DNA of 64,000 bases, taken from the NCBI GenBank assembly GCA_004347965.1, contig QNVF01000001.1, forward strand, positions 43,724-107,723, given 5' to 3'. The DNA comes from Candidatus Nezhaarchaeota archaeon WYZ-LMO8 (GTDB lineage: Archaea > Thermoproteota > Methanomethylicia > Nezhaarchaeales > WYZ-LMO8). Below, piece by piece: positions 39,136-49,663 of this stretch. Made by a program: the position numbers and the translations under genes. The notes beneath the pieces are model-generated. The model worked only from the letters and a program-made list of their open reading frames with translations. It was not told the origin of the DNA and ran no database searches. Position 1 is the stretch's first letter. Every line of letters starts with the position of its first letter.

Positions 39136-39423
39136 CTTAACTCACCCCACACTTACAATCATAGTTAAAGAGTACCTTGCCTAGGCTATGCACAGCACGC
39201 TATTTTAGTCTATGTATATTTAAAGTATTTTTCCTGAAAATATACATGCGTTGAAAGCATGTTAAAGACATGCTTTTTTAAGAGCTGAGCAACACAACTC
39301 TAATAGCAGGCAAGTTAAGCTACGAAGCGTACTTAGAATGGTTTGAGTCCAACAAATTGACGCAAGGTACTTCGAAATTGTAGTAGGATGACAAGGCTCA
39401 AAGGTTGAGCATGAAAGATCTAA

Positions 39424-39498
39424 TGCCCCCGCCGGGATTTGAACCCGGGCCGCAGGCTCGAGAGGCCTGCATACTTGACCGGGCTATACTACGGGGGC
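39424..39498 (-). tRNA. tRNA-Glu(CUC), no intron, CCA not encoded
   Basis: GCCCCCG-UA-GUAU-AGCCCGGUCAA-GUAU-G-CAGGC-CUCUCGA-GCCUG-CGGCC-CGGGUUCAAAUCCCGG-CGGGGGC-A. Confidence 0.9.
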
Positions 39499-39738
39499 TC
39501 TTTTTCCTATTTAGCCTAGACAGGTATAAAGGTAACCCATGTATTCTCTAATCAAATAAATTTAGATGACCTCTTCCTTCAGAGCACATCAACTTTTTCT
39601 TTCCTCATTTAAATTTCTCGAATATTAAGTTTTCCTCCTATGACCATTTACTCAAGGCACGTGACCTTTTACCAACAGTTTCACGTTTTAACACAAAATT
39701 TTAGAGTATTGCTATTAGCTATTATTGATAGAATTATT

Positions 39739-40065
39739 ATGAGCATACGAGAGAAGATGCTTACTATGGACTTTGAGGACGTGTGGTCCTTAATGTCAGC
39801 TCTCTTCGCTAAGCCCGTTGAGCTCTCTTCGCCAAGTGGTAGGTCTAAGTTTACTGTATGGATTGACGGCGACGCCATCTTCGTAAAGCTAGGATCTAGT
39901 GGTAGTGTGCGGGTCATAACGAAGAAGGTCTTAGAGAAGTGCTGGAAAATGGCTATTGACGTGGCCAGTAAGGGTGAGGATCCATTTCAACCAGCATGGT
40001 ACTATAAGACCACTAATGGCACATATATTGCTAGAATTCTAAGATACGTAGTCGAAGGAGTCTAG
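39739..40065 (+). CDS. Hypothetical protein
   Basis: 108-aa ORF from an internal ATG (MSIREKMLTMDFEDVW...). No recognised domain. Confidence 0.35.
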   Translation: MSIREKMLTMDFEDVWSLMSALFAKPVELSSPSGRSKFTVWIDGDAIFVKLGSSGSVRVITKKVLEKCWKMAIDVASKGEDPFQPAWYYKTTNGTYIARILRYVVEGV

Positions 40066-40090
40066 CATCCAATATCTTAGCTCTTAGAAG

Positions 40091-40852
40091 CTACCCCTCC
40101 CTCCACCTGGCTCTGAATATCAATAGGAGCACGAATAACGTCATGTAGCCTATCAGCGATGCTATTGACGTCATAATGGCTGAGGTCTCAAGTTCTATCA
40201 AGCCTGAGACTTGATGAAGGATCATGGCAGCAGCTCCCGTGGGGGCCAATGCACCAATCCACTGATATCCTTGTGGGAGAATGGTGGCTGGATAATACAC
40301 TGGTGGTAGTATTGCAAGCACAAGAGAGAGTATTGATGCGACTGGCCATACATGTCTTAGTCTATTAAACAGCGTTGATACAATAAAACCCATGAACGAT
40401 GACGAAGCCCAGACCATTATTAAACAGATAGCTAAGATCAGTGTAAAGGATGGAGTCATCATACTTAGAAGCCACGCCAACACCAGAAAGAGCATTAATC
40501 CTGGACTAGCGAAGACGAGCATGGACAGCGACAACCCGAGTATGTAGCTAATGGGTCTTAGAGGGGTTGCAATTAGGAGATCTTGATATTTAACGTAGAT
40601 CCTGTAGAACGCAGCGTCTCCGAGTATTGATATGCCGTTGCTCATAGCTATCATTATGATCCCTCCTATGATCGATATCTTCATCATGATAGGATTCCCG
40701 TAAATTGAGAAGAAGAATAATAGAGCTAGGGGCATCAATAGATAGGAGACAACCCACAGTGGAGCTCTTCTTAGAGATAGGACGCCGTCTATCCAAGATA
40801 TTGTGAGAATCGCAATAAGTTGTCTGCTAAACCCCTTCCTCAATCTTCTCAC
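40091..40852 (-). CDS. ABC-2 type transporter permease
   Basis: 6-TM hydrophobic protein overlapping the upstream ABC ATPase gene by 26 nt. Confidence 0.75.
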   Translation of the reverse strand: MRRLRKGFSRQLIAILTISWIDGVLSLRRAPLWVVSYLLMPLALLFFFSIYGNPIMMKISIIGGIIMIAMSNGISILGDAAFYRIYVKYQDLLIATPLRPISYILGLSLSMLVFASPGLMLFLVLAWLLSMMTPSFTLILAICLIMVWASSSFMGFIVSTLFNRLRHVWPVASILSLVLAILPPVYYPATILPQGYQWIGALAPTGAAAMILHQVSGLIELETSAIMTSIASLIGYMTLFVLLLIFRARWREG

Positions 40853-41723
40853 CAGTTAGCTTAATGAACAGATCCTCGAGACTAGTGGTCTTTACAGTAG
40901 CATCATAGCCTTTAGCTATGGCCATCTTGAGGATATCCTCCGTCTCATCTTCGCCAACATAGAAGATGGTCATCCCCTTAAGCTTTATGCGATCGTAGCC
41001 ATCGATTTCCAAATCACCATAGACTTCAACCCTAAACCTATGGTTGGTGGCCTTTCGAGCTTCCTCCAAAGATCCTGAGAACATGACTTTACCTTGATGA
41101 ACTATTATGACCTCATCGGCTAAGCTCTCAGCCTCATCCATGTAATGAGTTGTTAAGAGCATTGTTCCACTCATCTTCTTAGCTTCTCTCAATGCTCTCC
41201 AAACGCTTCTTCGAGCTAAGGGGTCAAGTCCTAAAGTTGGCTCATCGAGGAACAGAACCTCAGCTCCCGAAGCTAATACTGTTGCAACTAGCACTCTCCT
41301 CTTTAACCCTCCTGAAAGCTCACCAATAGTGGTCTTTATGTAAGGTTCGAGCTCCAAGAGGGCTAGGGCTTCACGAGCTCTCTTCTTAGCTTCACTTCTA
41401 CCGTAACCTCTAATGAGCAAATAGGAGTAAACGAATTCGAAGGGAGTTAAAATATCTAGAGGAGCTCCTTCTTGAGGAATCATAGCGATAAGCTCCCTCA
41501 CACTCCAAGGATCAGAGACCACATCAAACCCCAAGACTTCAACCGTACCCTTAGTCGGTAAGAGTTGCGTTGAAGCTATCCTTATCCAAGTGGTCTTACC
41601 AGCACCATTCCTGCCCAAAAGAGCGACAAGCCTGCCCCTCTCAACACTAAAAGACACCCCTCTAAGAGCTACCACTCCATTCCCATACCTCTTCCAAACA
41701 TCCCTCGAAGCTATGGCACTCAC
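40827..41723 (-). CDS. ABC transporter ATP-binding protein (ABC-2/DrrA-like exporter type)
   Basis: Walker A GRNGAGKTT, LSGGLKRR signature, Walker B VLFLDEPT, and a C-terminal extension typical of ABC-2 ATPases. Confidence 0.85.
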   Translation of the reverse strand: MSAIASRDVWKRYGNGVVALRGVSFSVERGRLVALLGRNGAGKTTWIRIASTQLLPTKGTVEVLGFDVVSDPWSVRELIAMIPQEGAPLDILTPFEFVYSYLLIRGYGRSEAKKRAREALALLELEPYIKTTIGELSGGLKRRVLVATVLASGAEVLFLDEPTLGLDPLARRSVWRALREAKKMSGTMLLTTHYMDEAESLADEVIIVHQGKVMFSGSLEEARKATNHRFRVEVYGDLEIDGYDRIKLKGMTIFYVGEDETEDILKMAIAKGYDATVKTTSLEDLFIKLTGEKIEEGV

Positions 41724-41783
41724 AACTACTACGTCTCCTCACAGCTTAAAAACAAAAATAAATATCAACTGCTGTACAAACAA

Positions 41784-41881
41784 CAAGAGAAAAGCGGGGG
41801 TGGCCGAGTCAGGTCAAAGGCGCAGGGCTTAGGACCCTGTGGCGTAGGCCTGCGTGGGTTCAAATCCCACCCCCCGCACCA
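41784..41881 (+). tRNA. tRNA-Leu(UAG) with a long variable arm; CCA encoded
   Basis: GCGGGGG-UG-GCCGAGUCAGGUCAAAGGC-G-CAGGG-CUUAGGA-CCCUG-UGGCGUAGGCCUGC-GUGGG-UUCAAAU-CCCAC-CCCCCGC-A-CCA. Confidence 0.9.
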
Positions 41882-42106
41882 ATACCCTAGTTCTGGTGCC
41901 TTCATTTTATGAGCAGTTTCACTATTTATATCTAGGCGTCTCAAATAACATTTTGTTATCTTTCTGATAATTAAAGGTTAGGAAAGAGTTTGAAAACCGC
42001 ATCTGTGGAATCAAAAATTTAATAGTGGTTGATGGCTAGGTCTTTTATGTGAAAGGTCTTATTCAGTTTTATTTGTAGGGTTAAGATGCACTCTCTTCAA
42101 TTTCTT

Positions 42107-42430
42107 CTAGTATTTTGAAATCTGCTCTTTGAGTCTTAGTAGATCTCTCTTTACGGTCTCCCAAACTAAGTTTAGGTTTACGCCAAAATACTGGTGGATT
42201 AATTTATCCCTATTCCAACATTCTCTTTTCATGGAACCTCTGAATATCTTAATTAGTTTCTCCGTTAATGTTCTTTGCTGCCTCTCCAAACATTTCGAGC
42301 TCTCTTAAGACCGCGTACTGCCTCTTAACGTTGGCAAGAAAATCCTCTATTGGAGCGTTTACCTTTTCCACTTTCAACAAATTCCTCCAAGCTTTTACAA
42401 AGAAGATTGAGGAGTGCTCATAGCAGGAAC
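42107..42430 (-). pseudogene. Frameshifted remnant of a HepT/DUF86 HEPN-domain toxin (HEPN-MNT toxin-antitoxin family)
   Basis: Minus strand: ...[30 protein letters not shown], then in another frame ...[39 protein letters not shown]. Together these match the DUF86 consensus (iGEAakn...RNrliHeYfgvdlelvWetv..dLp.L), including the R-x4-H-x-Y HEPN motif. The upstream region (42430-42700) that should encode the MNT partner is full of stops. Confidence 0.5.
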
Positions 42431-42698
42431 TTTAAACGCATAGTAACTATGATTATTAAGAATAGAAGAAAGATGTGAACTTAACACCATAAAGATAAGT
42501 TGATTGGTCGCATTTTCGTTTACAATTTTAAACAAGTTTGTATCTACAGCAAGTATTGAAGTGAAGAATCGAATTCCCTCTCACGTCTACTTCCTTCTCT
42601 TACGAAGCGCTACTAGTATAGGGTTCAATCTCTCAACGAGAATTTTTAAATTTCCTTAGAGAGAATTTTCGGCTGGAACAATAGAAGGCGAAACTTTT

Positions 42699-42893
42699 AT
42701 GTCCGAGATAAGTAGAAATAGGGGTTCGAGGAGAAGGCTTTGGCACTATGTGTCCGGTGGGGTCTTCCTGATAGGGCTTGCTGTACTCTTTTACGTTGGC
42801 TTCTGGCCTTGGCTACTCGCACTATTGGGTTTAATAGCAATAATTGAAGGTATCGGCGAATATTATTCCAGGGAAGTGGAGAAGAAAGATTAA
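42699..42893 (+). CDS. Small hypothetical membrane protein (64 aa, 2 TM)
   Basis: Only ORF in an otherwise decayed region. Hydrophobic core (VFLIGLAVLFYVGFWPWLLALLGLIAII). Confidence 0.25.
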   Translation: MSEISRNRGSRRRLWHYVSGGVFLIGLAVLFYVGFWPWLLALLGLIAIIEGIGEYYSREVEKKD

Positions 42894-43807
42894 TTCTTGG
42901 ATACTAGCGCTATGTTAGGCCTTAAGTAGCTATGGAATATTTGCTACCCCTCTATTATCTCATTAAAGTTTTCTTAATCACTTCCTTCTCGTCTATTGTT
43001 TCAACTTAGGTTCAGTACATTTGCTTCGATTTTTACAGCTTCTATAGTCCTGTTTGTTGTTTCAGCTTCCTCTAATAGACGCTCACTGTCCAAGTATACG
43101 ATCCATGCAAAGGAGAAGTTGTGTAGGGGCTAGCTATAGCTCCTTTAATTATGGTCAAAGTGTATGGCTATGGGGACTAAAAAGCGCTAAGAGGAGACTT
43201 TCGTTCCTCAACTGTGAGGGTTTCGAAGTATGCAAATCACATCTGCATATGAATGAGGAAGCATCTTTTCGACTTAAAAAGCCACTAAAAGAGATGTTGA
43301 GGAATTTATTGCTGGATAAACAGCCAGTCCTACAAGTCCTCGACGTAGGAGGATTTGAAGGTCGCTGCGAGGAAGCTTGTCTAAACACTAGATACAGCAG
43401 TTGTGGACTGTTTTGGATACATTAATGTTTAGGATGAGCCTCATAATCTGCAGATAAGCTTCCAGTGACACCTAACATTTATGAGAGACTGATCATAGCA
43501 TCGGTCATAATATGAGTAACTCAAAATCATCTTGTATTTAGTAACACTTTTAACAGGAAGATGACGAAAGAAAAGGGAACTTTAATTAGGTAATTAAGCG
43601 ACCAAGTTAGGTTAACTAAATCTTTTAAAATTTCAAGAGAAGCTATTTTGTTATAACACTACATTATTTTAAGCTAAAACGTTAATGGAGGACCCCCGTA
43701 TTAAAACTCAGCTTCTTCAAGGACTCATAAGATGTAATTCAAATCGCATATTGCATCGCGATTTAATTAAGCGTCAAAATTGTAAATAAAAGTAGGTCAA
43801 TTAAAGG

Positions 43808-44236
43808 TTAAAGCTCCTCTAAGAGTGATGTGAAGAAATCATGGTGCTCCTCTTCGTCCTTTAATATTCCTTCGAAAATAGTCGCTGTTGTTACATCGTT
43901 CTCTTTTCGAGCTTTCTCTATTATCTCCTTGTACAGCTTTATTGCATTCTCCTCGTCCTTTGCATCCTGTTCAATCATCTCTCTCAACGTTTTACCAACA
44001 ACTATCTCTTTAGGCTTAGTCGTGGGAGTACCGCCAAGATAGAAGATTCTCTCAGCAATAGCTTCTGCATGCTTCATCTCCTCTATAGCTATCTTCCTCA
44101 ACTCCCCTTGTACCGCGAAGCCCTTAACCCCCCTCCATTGAACATGCTGCCACATGTACTGAATTGATACTTGTATCTCTCGTGCAAGAGCATCATTTAA
44201 CAAGTCCAGCAGCTCTTTGGAAGCCATATTTCTCAA
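43808..44236 (-). CDS. Ferritin-like di-iron protein (bacterioferritin-like)
   Basis: Four-helix-bundle metal ligand pattern (E...EEMKHAE ... E...DEEEHHD) resembling the Bfr/rubrerythrin-type ferritin-like fold. Confidence 0.7.
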   Translation of the reverse strand: MRNMASKELLDLLNDALAREIQVSIQYMWQHVQWRGVKGFAVQGELRKIAIEEMKHAEAIAERIFYLGGTPTTKPKEIVVGKTLREMIEQDAKDEENAIKLYKEIIEKARKENDVTTATIFEGILKDEEEHHDFFTSLLEEL

Positions 44237-44470
44237 TACTATTTTTCAACCTTTACTTTTAAATATGTACCTCGCTTTTTAATTCAAACTTAAAAGCAAT
44301 CATCACGAAATGAATCTAGGTTTTTAATGCATCCTAAACTCAGTCTTGAAAAGTCATTGCTGCGATCATAGCGGGCACCATCAGCAGTTATGCATATTTT
44401 AGTTCAAGAAAGATTTAAATATAACTTAAATGAACAGTTTTCTACATTAACATTCAGGAGTGTACACAAT

Positions 44471-45850
44471 ATGAGAAAAGTTATTCTAAGTGAAGATGAT
44501 GTGCCGAGGCAATGGTACAACATCTTACCAGATCTTCCGAAACCCCTACCTCCACCAATAAATCCAGTAACAAGGGAGCCCGTAAAGCCAAAGGAATTGA
44601 TGGCGCTCTTCCCTAAGGAGTGCATTGTTCAGGAGCTTAGCCAAGAGAGGTGGATAAACATTCCAGAGGAAGTTCGTGAAACTTACATGCTTTGGAGACC
44701 AACACCTCTATACAGAGCTATCGGCTTAGAGAGGGCACTCAAGACCCCTGCAAAGATATACTATAAGTACGAGGGTCTTAGTCCACCCGGTAGCCATAAG
44801 CCCAACACTGCTGTGGCGCAAGCTTACTACGCAATGAAGGAGGGAATTAAGAGGTTAACGACTGAGACTGGCGCTGGACAATGGGGCTCAGCCCTCGCCT
44901 TTGGTTGTATGCTGTTTGGGCTTAAAGCAACAGTATACATGGTTAAAGTTAGTTACAACCAGAAGCCGTATAGACGCATCCTAATGGAGTTGTGGGGTGC
45001 TGACGTCCATCCAAGTCCAAGTACAAATACTGAGAGTGGAAGAAGGGCTCTTGAAGACGATCCAAATAACCCAGGTAGCCTAGGTATAGCTATTAGCGAA
45101 GCAATAGAGGACGCCTTAGCACACGAAGATGCTAAATACTCTCTTGGAAGCGTCTTAAACTTCGTACTGCTACATCAGACAGTTGTTGGGTTAGAAGCTA
45201 AAAAACAGATGGAGCTTATCGATGACTACCCAGACCTAATTATTGGATGTATTGGTGGTGGAAGCAGCTTCTCTGGGCTTTTCTGGCCATTCTATTACGA
45301 TAAAGTTTCAGGTAAAGCTCCAAAGGACATTAAGTTCATAGCTGTTGAGCCCACAGCGTGTCCAAGCATAACTAAGGGCTTCTACACATACGATCATGGT
45401 GATACAGCTCGATTAACACCAATGCTAAAGATGTATACCCTTGGACACATGTTTATCCCGCCACCAATACATGCAGGAGGCTTAAGGTACCATGGAAAAG
45501 CCCCAACATTATGCTTACTGAGTAAGGAAGGAATGGTTGATGTAGTAGCATACAATCAAGTCGAGGTTTTTCAAGCAGCCCACTTATTCGCTAAAACTGA
45601 AGGTTTCATACCAGCTCCCGAGCCTAGCCACGCAATAAAGGCTGTTATAGATGAAGCATTAAAGTGCAGAGAAACTGGAGAGGTGAAGACCATACTGTTC
45701 TTATTATGTGGACACGGTCACTTTGATATGCAAGCCTTTAGCGACTACTTAGCTGAAAAGTTACCACCTTACGAGTACCCCGAAGAAAAGATAGAAGAAG
45801 CTATGAAAAAACTAAAAGAGCTTTATCCATGGCTTGAAGTAGAGCACTAA
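44471..45850 (+). CDS. trpB2: Tryptophan synthase beta-chain paralog TrpB2 (PLP-dependent)
   Basis: About 460 aa from the ATG at 44471. TrpB2-type N-terminal extension ([15 protein letters not shown]), PTPLYRA motif, and a stand-alone position (no trpA nearby). Confidence 0.85.
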   Translation: MRKVILSEDDVPRQWYNILPDLPKPLPPPINPVTREPVKPKELMALFPKECIVQELSQERWINIPEEVRETYMLWRPTPLYRAIGLERALKTPAKIYYKYEGLSPPGSHKPNTAVAQAYYAMKEGIKRLTTETGAGQWGSALAFGCMLFGLKATVYMVKVSYNQKPYRRILMELWGADVHPSPSTNTESGRRALEDDPNNPGSLGIAISEAIEDALAHEDAKYSLGSVLNFVLLHQTVVGLEAKKQMELIDDYPDLIIGCIGGGSSFSGLFWPFYYDKVSGKAPKDIKFIAVEPTACPSITKGFYTYDHGDTARLTPMLKMYTLGHMFIPPPIHAGGLRYHGKAPTLCLLSKEGMVDVVAYNQVEVFQAAHLFAKTEGFIPAPEPSHAIKAVIDEALKCRETGEVKTILFLLCGHGHFDMQAFSDYLAEKLPPYEYPEEKIEEAMKKLKELYPWLEVEH

Positions 45851-46026
45851 ACCTCAATAAATCAATTTAAACCTCTCACGTCCACTAGCTCTACATTTAA
45901 ATCGTGCAGCATTCCTCTACCTCTCAAGTCATCACTTATCAAGCTTCATTACCAGAGAAAGTGATAATAGAGCCTCCTTTGAAATACGATGTGGCAGAGG
46001 AATGTGTTCTAAGATGAGCTCAATGA

Positions 46027-47010
46027 GTGGTCGACCTTGAGGTAATAGACTTGCAAAATGTTGAGTTACTGGCCTTTGGCCCGATTCCTTCAAGGCGCTT
46101 AGGGAGAAGCTTGGGTGTAAACAATGTTCCATTGAAGATGTGCACTTACTCTTGCGTCTATTGTCAGTTGGGAAGGACTAGCTGCATGATTGTTGAAAGG
46201 ACTGTCTTCTATGAACCGAAGTACATCCTAATGCAAGTTGAGAAGAAAATTAAGGAGGCCAAATTAAGGGGCGAAAGAATAGACTACATAACTTTTGCAC
46301 CTAGTGGAGAACCCACTTTAGATGTTAATCTAGGTAAAGAGATATCACTCTTAAAATCTCAAGGATACCCCATAGCAGTCATAACGAATGCTTCTCTGCT
46401 ATGGCGAAGAGATGTAAGGGAAGATTTGTTGGACGCTGACTACATTTCATTCAAAGTGGACGCAGTCAGCCAAGATGTGTGGAGACACGTAAATAGACCT
46501 CATAGAGACTTGAAGCTGAGTGACATTTTAGATGGTATAAGGGAGTTTTCAAAAACTTTTAGGGGAACACTCGTTAGCGAGACCATGCTTATTGACTCCC
46601 TAAACTACGAAGGCGAATTATTAGGAATAGCGAACTTTCTCAGAAGCTTAAGTAAACTTGATAAAGCATACATCGCCATACCTACAAGACCTCCTGCTGA
46701 AAGATGGGTTAAGCCAGCTAAGGAGACGGTTATAAACAAAACACTTCAAACGTTCGCTGAAAATCTTGGAGGAAGCAAAGTAAAGTGCTTAACAAGTTAT
46801 GAGGAGGGCACATTCGCCTTTACCGGAGATATTGAGCATGATTTACTAAGTATAACAGCGGTTCATCCCATGCGGAGAGAAGCATTGGTAGAACTTTTAA
46901 AGAAGGCAAACGTTGATTGGAAGGTTGTGGAGAGACTTTTAAAGGAGGGCAAGCTCGTAGAACTTGTGTATGAAGGAATAAGGTACTACGTGAAGAAGTC
47001 TCGTAGCTAA
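46027..47010 (+). CDS. Radical SAM domain protein of unknown function
   Basis: CTYSCVYCQ (C-x3-C-x2-C) cluster motif preceded by GPIPSRRLGRSLGVN. Start codon uncertain. Confidence 0.65.
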   Translation: MVDLEVIDLQNVELLAFGPIPSRRLGRSLGVNNVPLKMCTYSCVYCQLGRTSCMIVERTVFYEPKYILMQVEKKIKEAKLRGERIDYITFAPSGEPTLDVNLGKEISLLKSQGYPIAVITNASLLWRRDVREDLLDADYISFKVDAVSQDVWRHVNRPHRDLKLSDILDGIREFSKTFRGTLVSETMLIDSLNYEGELLGIANFLRSLSKLDKAYIAIPTRPPAERWVKPAKETVINKTLQTFAENLGGSKVKCLTSYEEGTFAFTGDIEHDLLSITAVHPMRREALVELLKKANVDWKVVERLLKEGKLVELVYEGIRYYVKKSRS

Positions 47011-47627
47011 CATGATCAAGCTGACGAAGCGCGATGTGTTCTAAGTATATGTAACTTAGCTTCGCATAGACCATAAGCTTAGCTTCTTAATTCTTCCTGG
47101 AACTTGAGATGTAAACGATCCTCTATTTGCTGAGATCTACCATTAATCTTTTAATCTTTAGAGCATTTCGATGGGCTTTTCACATCGTATAGTTGTTGAA
47201 CTTCATGCATAAGCTCATGGTTTCAAGCCCTAACATTAATGCTGAAAGCATACATGTATTGCTTTGACTGATATTCAAAAAACTGTTTAAGACGATTAAA
47301 GCTCTTCTTAAAGCCTTCCTTAGTTATGAACGTCTACAGAAGTACCTCTAAGTTCTTTATGCGCTCACCCTTCGAAGTACTCTAAGACATGTCCATCACG
47401 ATAACGTTGAAGCTAGAAAGAGCAAGTAGAGAGGAAGTTTGACGTCGTAATTCAAGCATCAATAACTGCCACATGATTAACCATCATTAATGGCGATGAA
47501 TAATATCGTTGGCTTCTTACGTTTCACACTTTAATTTAAGTCACAAGATAAGTGTTCATGACAGCTTAATTAAGTGCTCTTAAACTTATAGACTCAAAAT
47601 TATTCACAATCTAATGAGAGTGATAGA

Positions 47628-48929
47628 ATGAACTTCCTAGACCTTGATGAATTGAGTGAAGAAGATAGGTTGCTTAGAGAGGAGGTTCATAGATTCGCCG
47701 CCGAGGTTATACGCCCTGCATCAATAGAGCTCGACAGGATGCCTGCTACGGAGAGGATCAAACCAGACTCACCCTTTTTCAAAGTTATGAAAGAGATGAA
47801 GAAGCTCGGCTTCCATAAGATCATGCTTCCTCCAGATAAGGGGGGAATAAAGATGACCCCACTGCAAAGGTACATAGTCCTTGAGGAAATTGCTTGGGGT
47901 AGTGTTGGCTTCGCAACTGCACTAGGAGTAGACATTATTCCATTTTCATGTGCAACCCTTTTCGGCGGTAAAGAAGTATACGAAGAGCTTGTAGTTCCCT
48001 GGCTTGAGAGAGATGACTGGTACGGTTGTTGGGGAGTTACTGAGCCTCAGCATGGGAGCGACTACCTCATATTCCTTAGAGAGGAGAAGGAGCTTGTTGA
48101 GAAGATGGGGGCTGGCAATGTCATCGCTGAAAAGGATGGTGGTAAATGGGTCATAAGAGGGCAGAAGTCTGGATGGGTCTCTTCAGCACCAATTGCAACT
48201 CACTGCGGCCTTCATGCTCAGGTCAAGGGTGGAAGAACGCTTGCTGATGGGCTTTTCGCGATAGTTCCTCTAGACCTAGAAGGGGTTGAGAAGGGAAAAC
48301 CTGTAGAAATGCTTGGGATGCGCGATAATCCCCAAGGAGAGCTATTCTTCAATGACGTTAGAATCCCGGAACACTATGTGATCGTAGCCCCCGGACCCTT
48401 CTACGCAATATTCTGCGATCAGCTATTATGTCTCACAAGCTGTGGAATGGGAGCGTTTGCTGTTGGACTTGCAAGAGCTTGCTTTGAACTTGCACTCGAC
48501 TATGCGAAACAAAGAGTACAAGGGGGGGCTTCTCTCGTGAAGCATAAGAACATAAAGCTCAAGCTTTATGAAATGTTCGAGAAGATTGAGACAGCACGCT
48601 ACTACGTTAGGAAAGTCATGGAGTACACGTGTAGGAGAATACTTGAGCTTAGAACGAATGATGCATCTCCGAGGCATGCTAGGGCTGCACAAATTTACGC
48701 AAAGAAAATAGCATTCGAGGTTGCGAACAACGCCTTACAGATATTCGGCGCTTATGGATTAAGCAAGGACTTCATAATTGAGAAGTTCTTTAGAGACTCT
48801 AGAGCAATGCTAATAGAGGATGGGACAGTTGAAGTCTTAAGTTTAGATGCAAGCGACGACGTTATCGAAAACTATAATAAGGATTATTACGATGTGAGCT
48901 TCTTGAAGAAGTTCTATGAGGTGGTTTGA
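47628..48929 (+). CDS. Acyl-CoA dehydrogenase family protein
   Basis: ACAD N-terminal, middle (GCWGVTEPQHGSD) and C-terminal domains. About 430 aa. Confidence 0.85.
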   Translation: MNFLDLDELSEEDRLLREEVHRFAAEVIRPASIELDRMPATERIKPDSPFFKVMKEMKKLGFHKIMLPPDKGGIKMTPLQRYIVLEEIAWGSVGFATALGVDIIPFSCATLFGGKEVYEELVVPWLERDDWYGCWGVTEPQHGSDYLIFLREEKELVEKMGAGNVIAEKDGGKWVIRGQKSGWVSSAPIATHCGLHAQVKGGRTLADGLFAIVPLDLEGVEKGKPVEMLGMRDNPQGELFFNDVRIPEHYVIVAPGPFYAIFCDQLLCLTSCGMGAFAVGLARACFELALDYAKQRVQGGASLVKHKNIKLKLYEMFEKIETARYYVRKVMEYTCRRILELRTNDASPRHARAAQIYAKKIAFEVANNALQIFGAYGLSKDFIIEKFFRDSRAMLIEDGTVEVLSLDASDDVIENYNKDYYDVSFLKKFYEVV

Positions 48930-49663
48930 TGATAAGAGGAATACCATTTGATTCTCCTCTTTACGAAATCGATGAAGAGAGAGGGATCGAATATGTGAAC
49001 TGCAGGGCCATCACTACCTTCTTCACCATTAAGAGTGACGTCAGAGACTTAATTCCAGAAGGCTTAAAACCCCTAAACAGTGGTGGGATATGGATTGCTC
49101 ACTATGGCTTCAGTACACTTGGAACTTACAACGAGTACATTACGGCCATTCAAGTCGAGGATGAGGTTGGAGACATTGGATACTACATCCCGTACATCTA
49201 CGTAACGAATGATGCTGCCCTTGCAGCTGGAAGAGAAGTTGTTGGAGCACCTAAGAAGCTTGCTAAAATAGAGTTAGATCAATATCTTGACTTAATTCAG
49301 GGAATACTTGAGAGACCACACGGTAAGAGATTAGCAACGCTCACTATGAAGCCGAGCTATAGAGCTAAGGAGCTAATAGATCAAATACTCCCAAAGCCCA
49401 CATACTTGTACTCTGTAAGGCATCTTCCACCGTTGAAGGGTAAGGGAGGTGCTACGCAGTTAATAAAGTGGTATGCAGAAATAGACTTTCACGTCGATTC
49501 AAGAGGGGAGAGGATAATTTTTGTAGGACCGGCTAATGTGACCTATGACTCGCCATCATTAAATGATCCAGTGCATAAGGTGGAGATAGACAAAATCATC
49601 TTCGCAGCCTACTTCGAGTTCGACATGAGGCTCGGGTTCGTTGACATAGTTAAGAGTCTTTAA
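48926..49663 (+). CDS. Acetoacetate decarboxylase-like (ADC family) protein
   Basis: ADC-like beta-cone pattern (YEIDEERGIEYVNCRAITTFF ... AHYGFSTLGTYNEY). Start overlaps the acyl-CoA dehydrogenase stop (ATGA). Confidence 0.55.
   Translation: MMIRGIPFDSPLYEIDEERGIEYVNCRAITTFFTIKSDVRDLIPEGLKPLNSGGIWIAHYGFSTLGTYNEYITAIQVEDEVGDIGYYIPYIYVTNDAALAAGREVVGAPKKLAKIELDQYLDLIQGILERPHGKRLATLTMKPSYRAKELIDQILPKPTYLYSVRHLPPLKGKGGATQLIKWYAEIDFHVDSRGERIIFVGPANVTYDSPSLNDPVHKVEIDKIIFAAYFEFDMRLGFVDIVKSL

Noticed and set aside
43054-43425. 123-aa plus-strand ORF in the tRNA-Leu flank
   Set aside because: No start context, no recognisable motif and an odd composition. It lies in a region otherwise full of stops, so it is most likely a chance ORF in decayed DNA.
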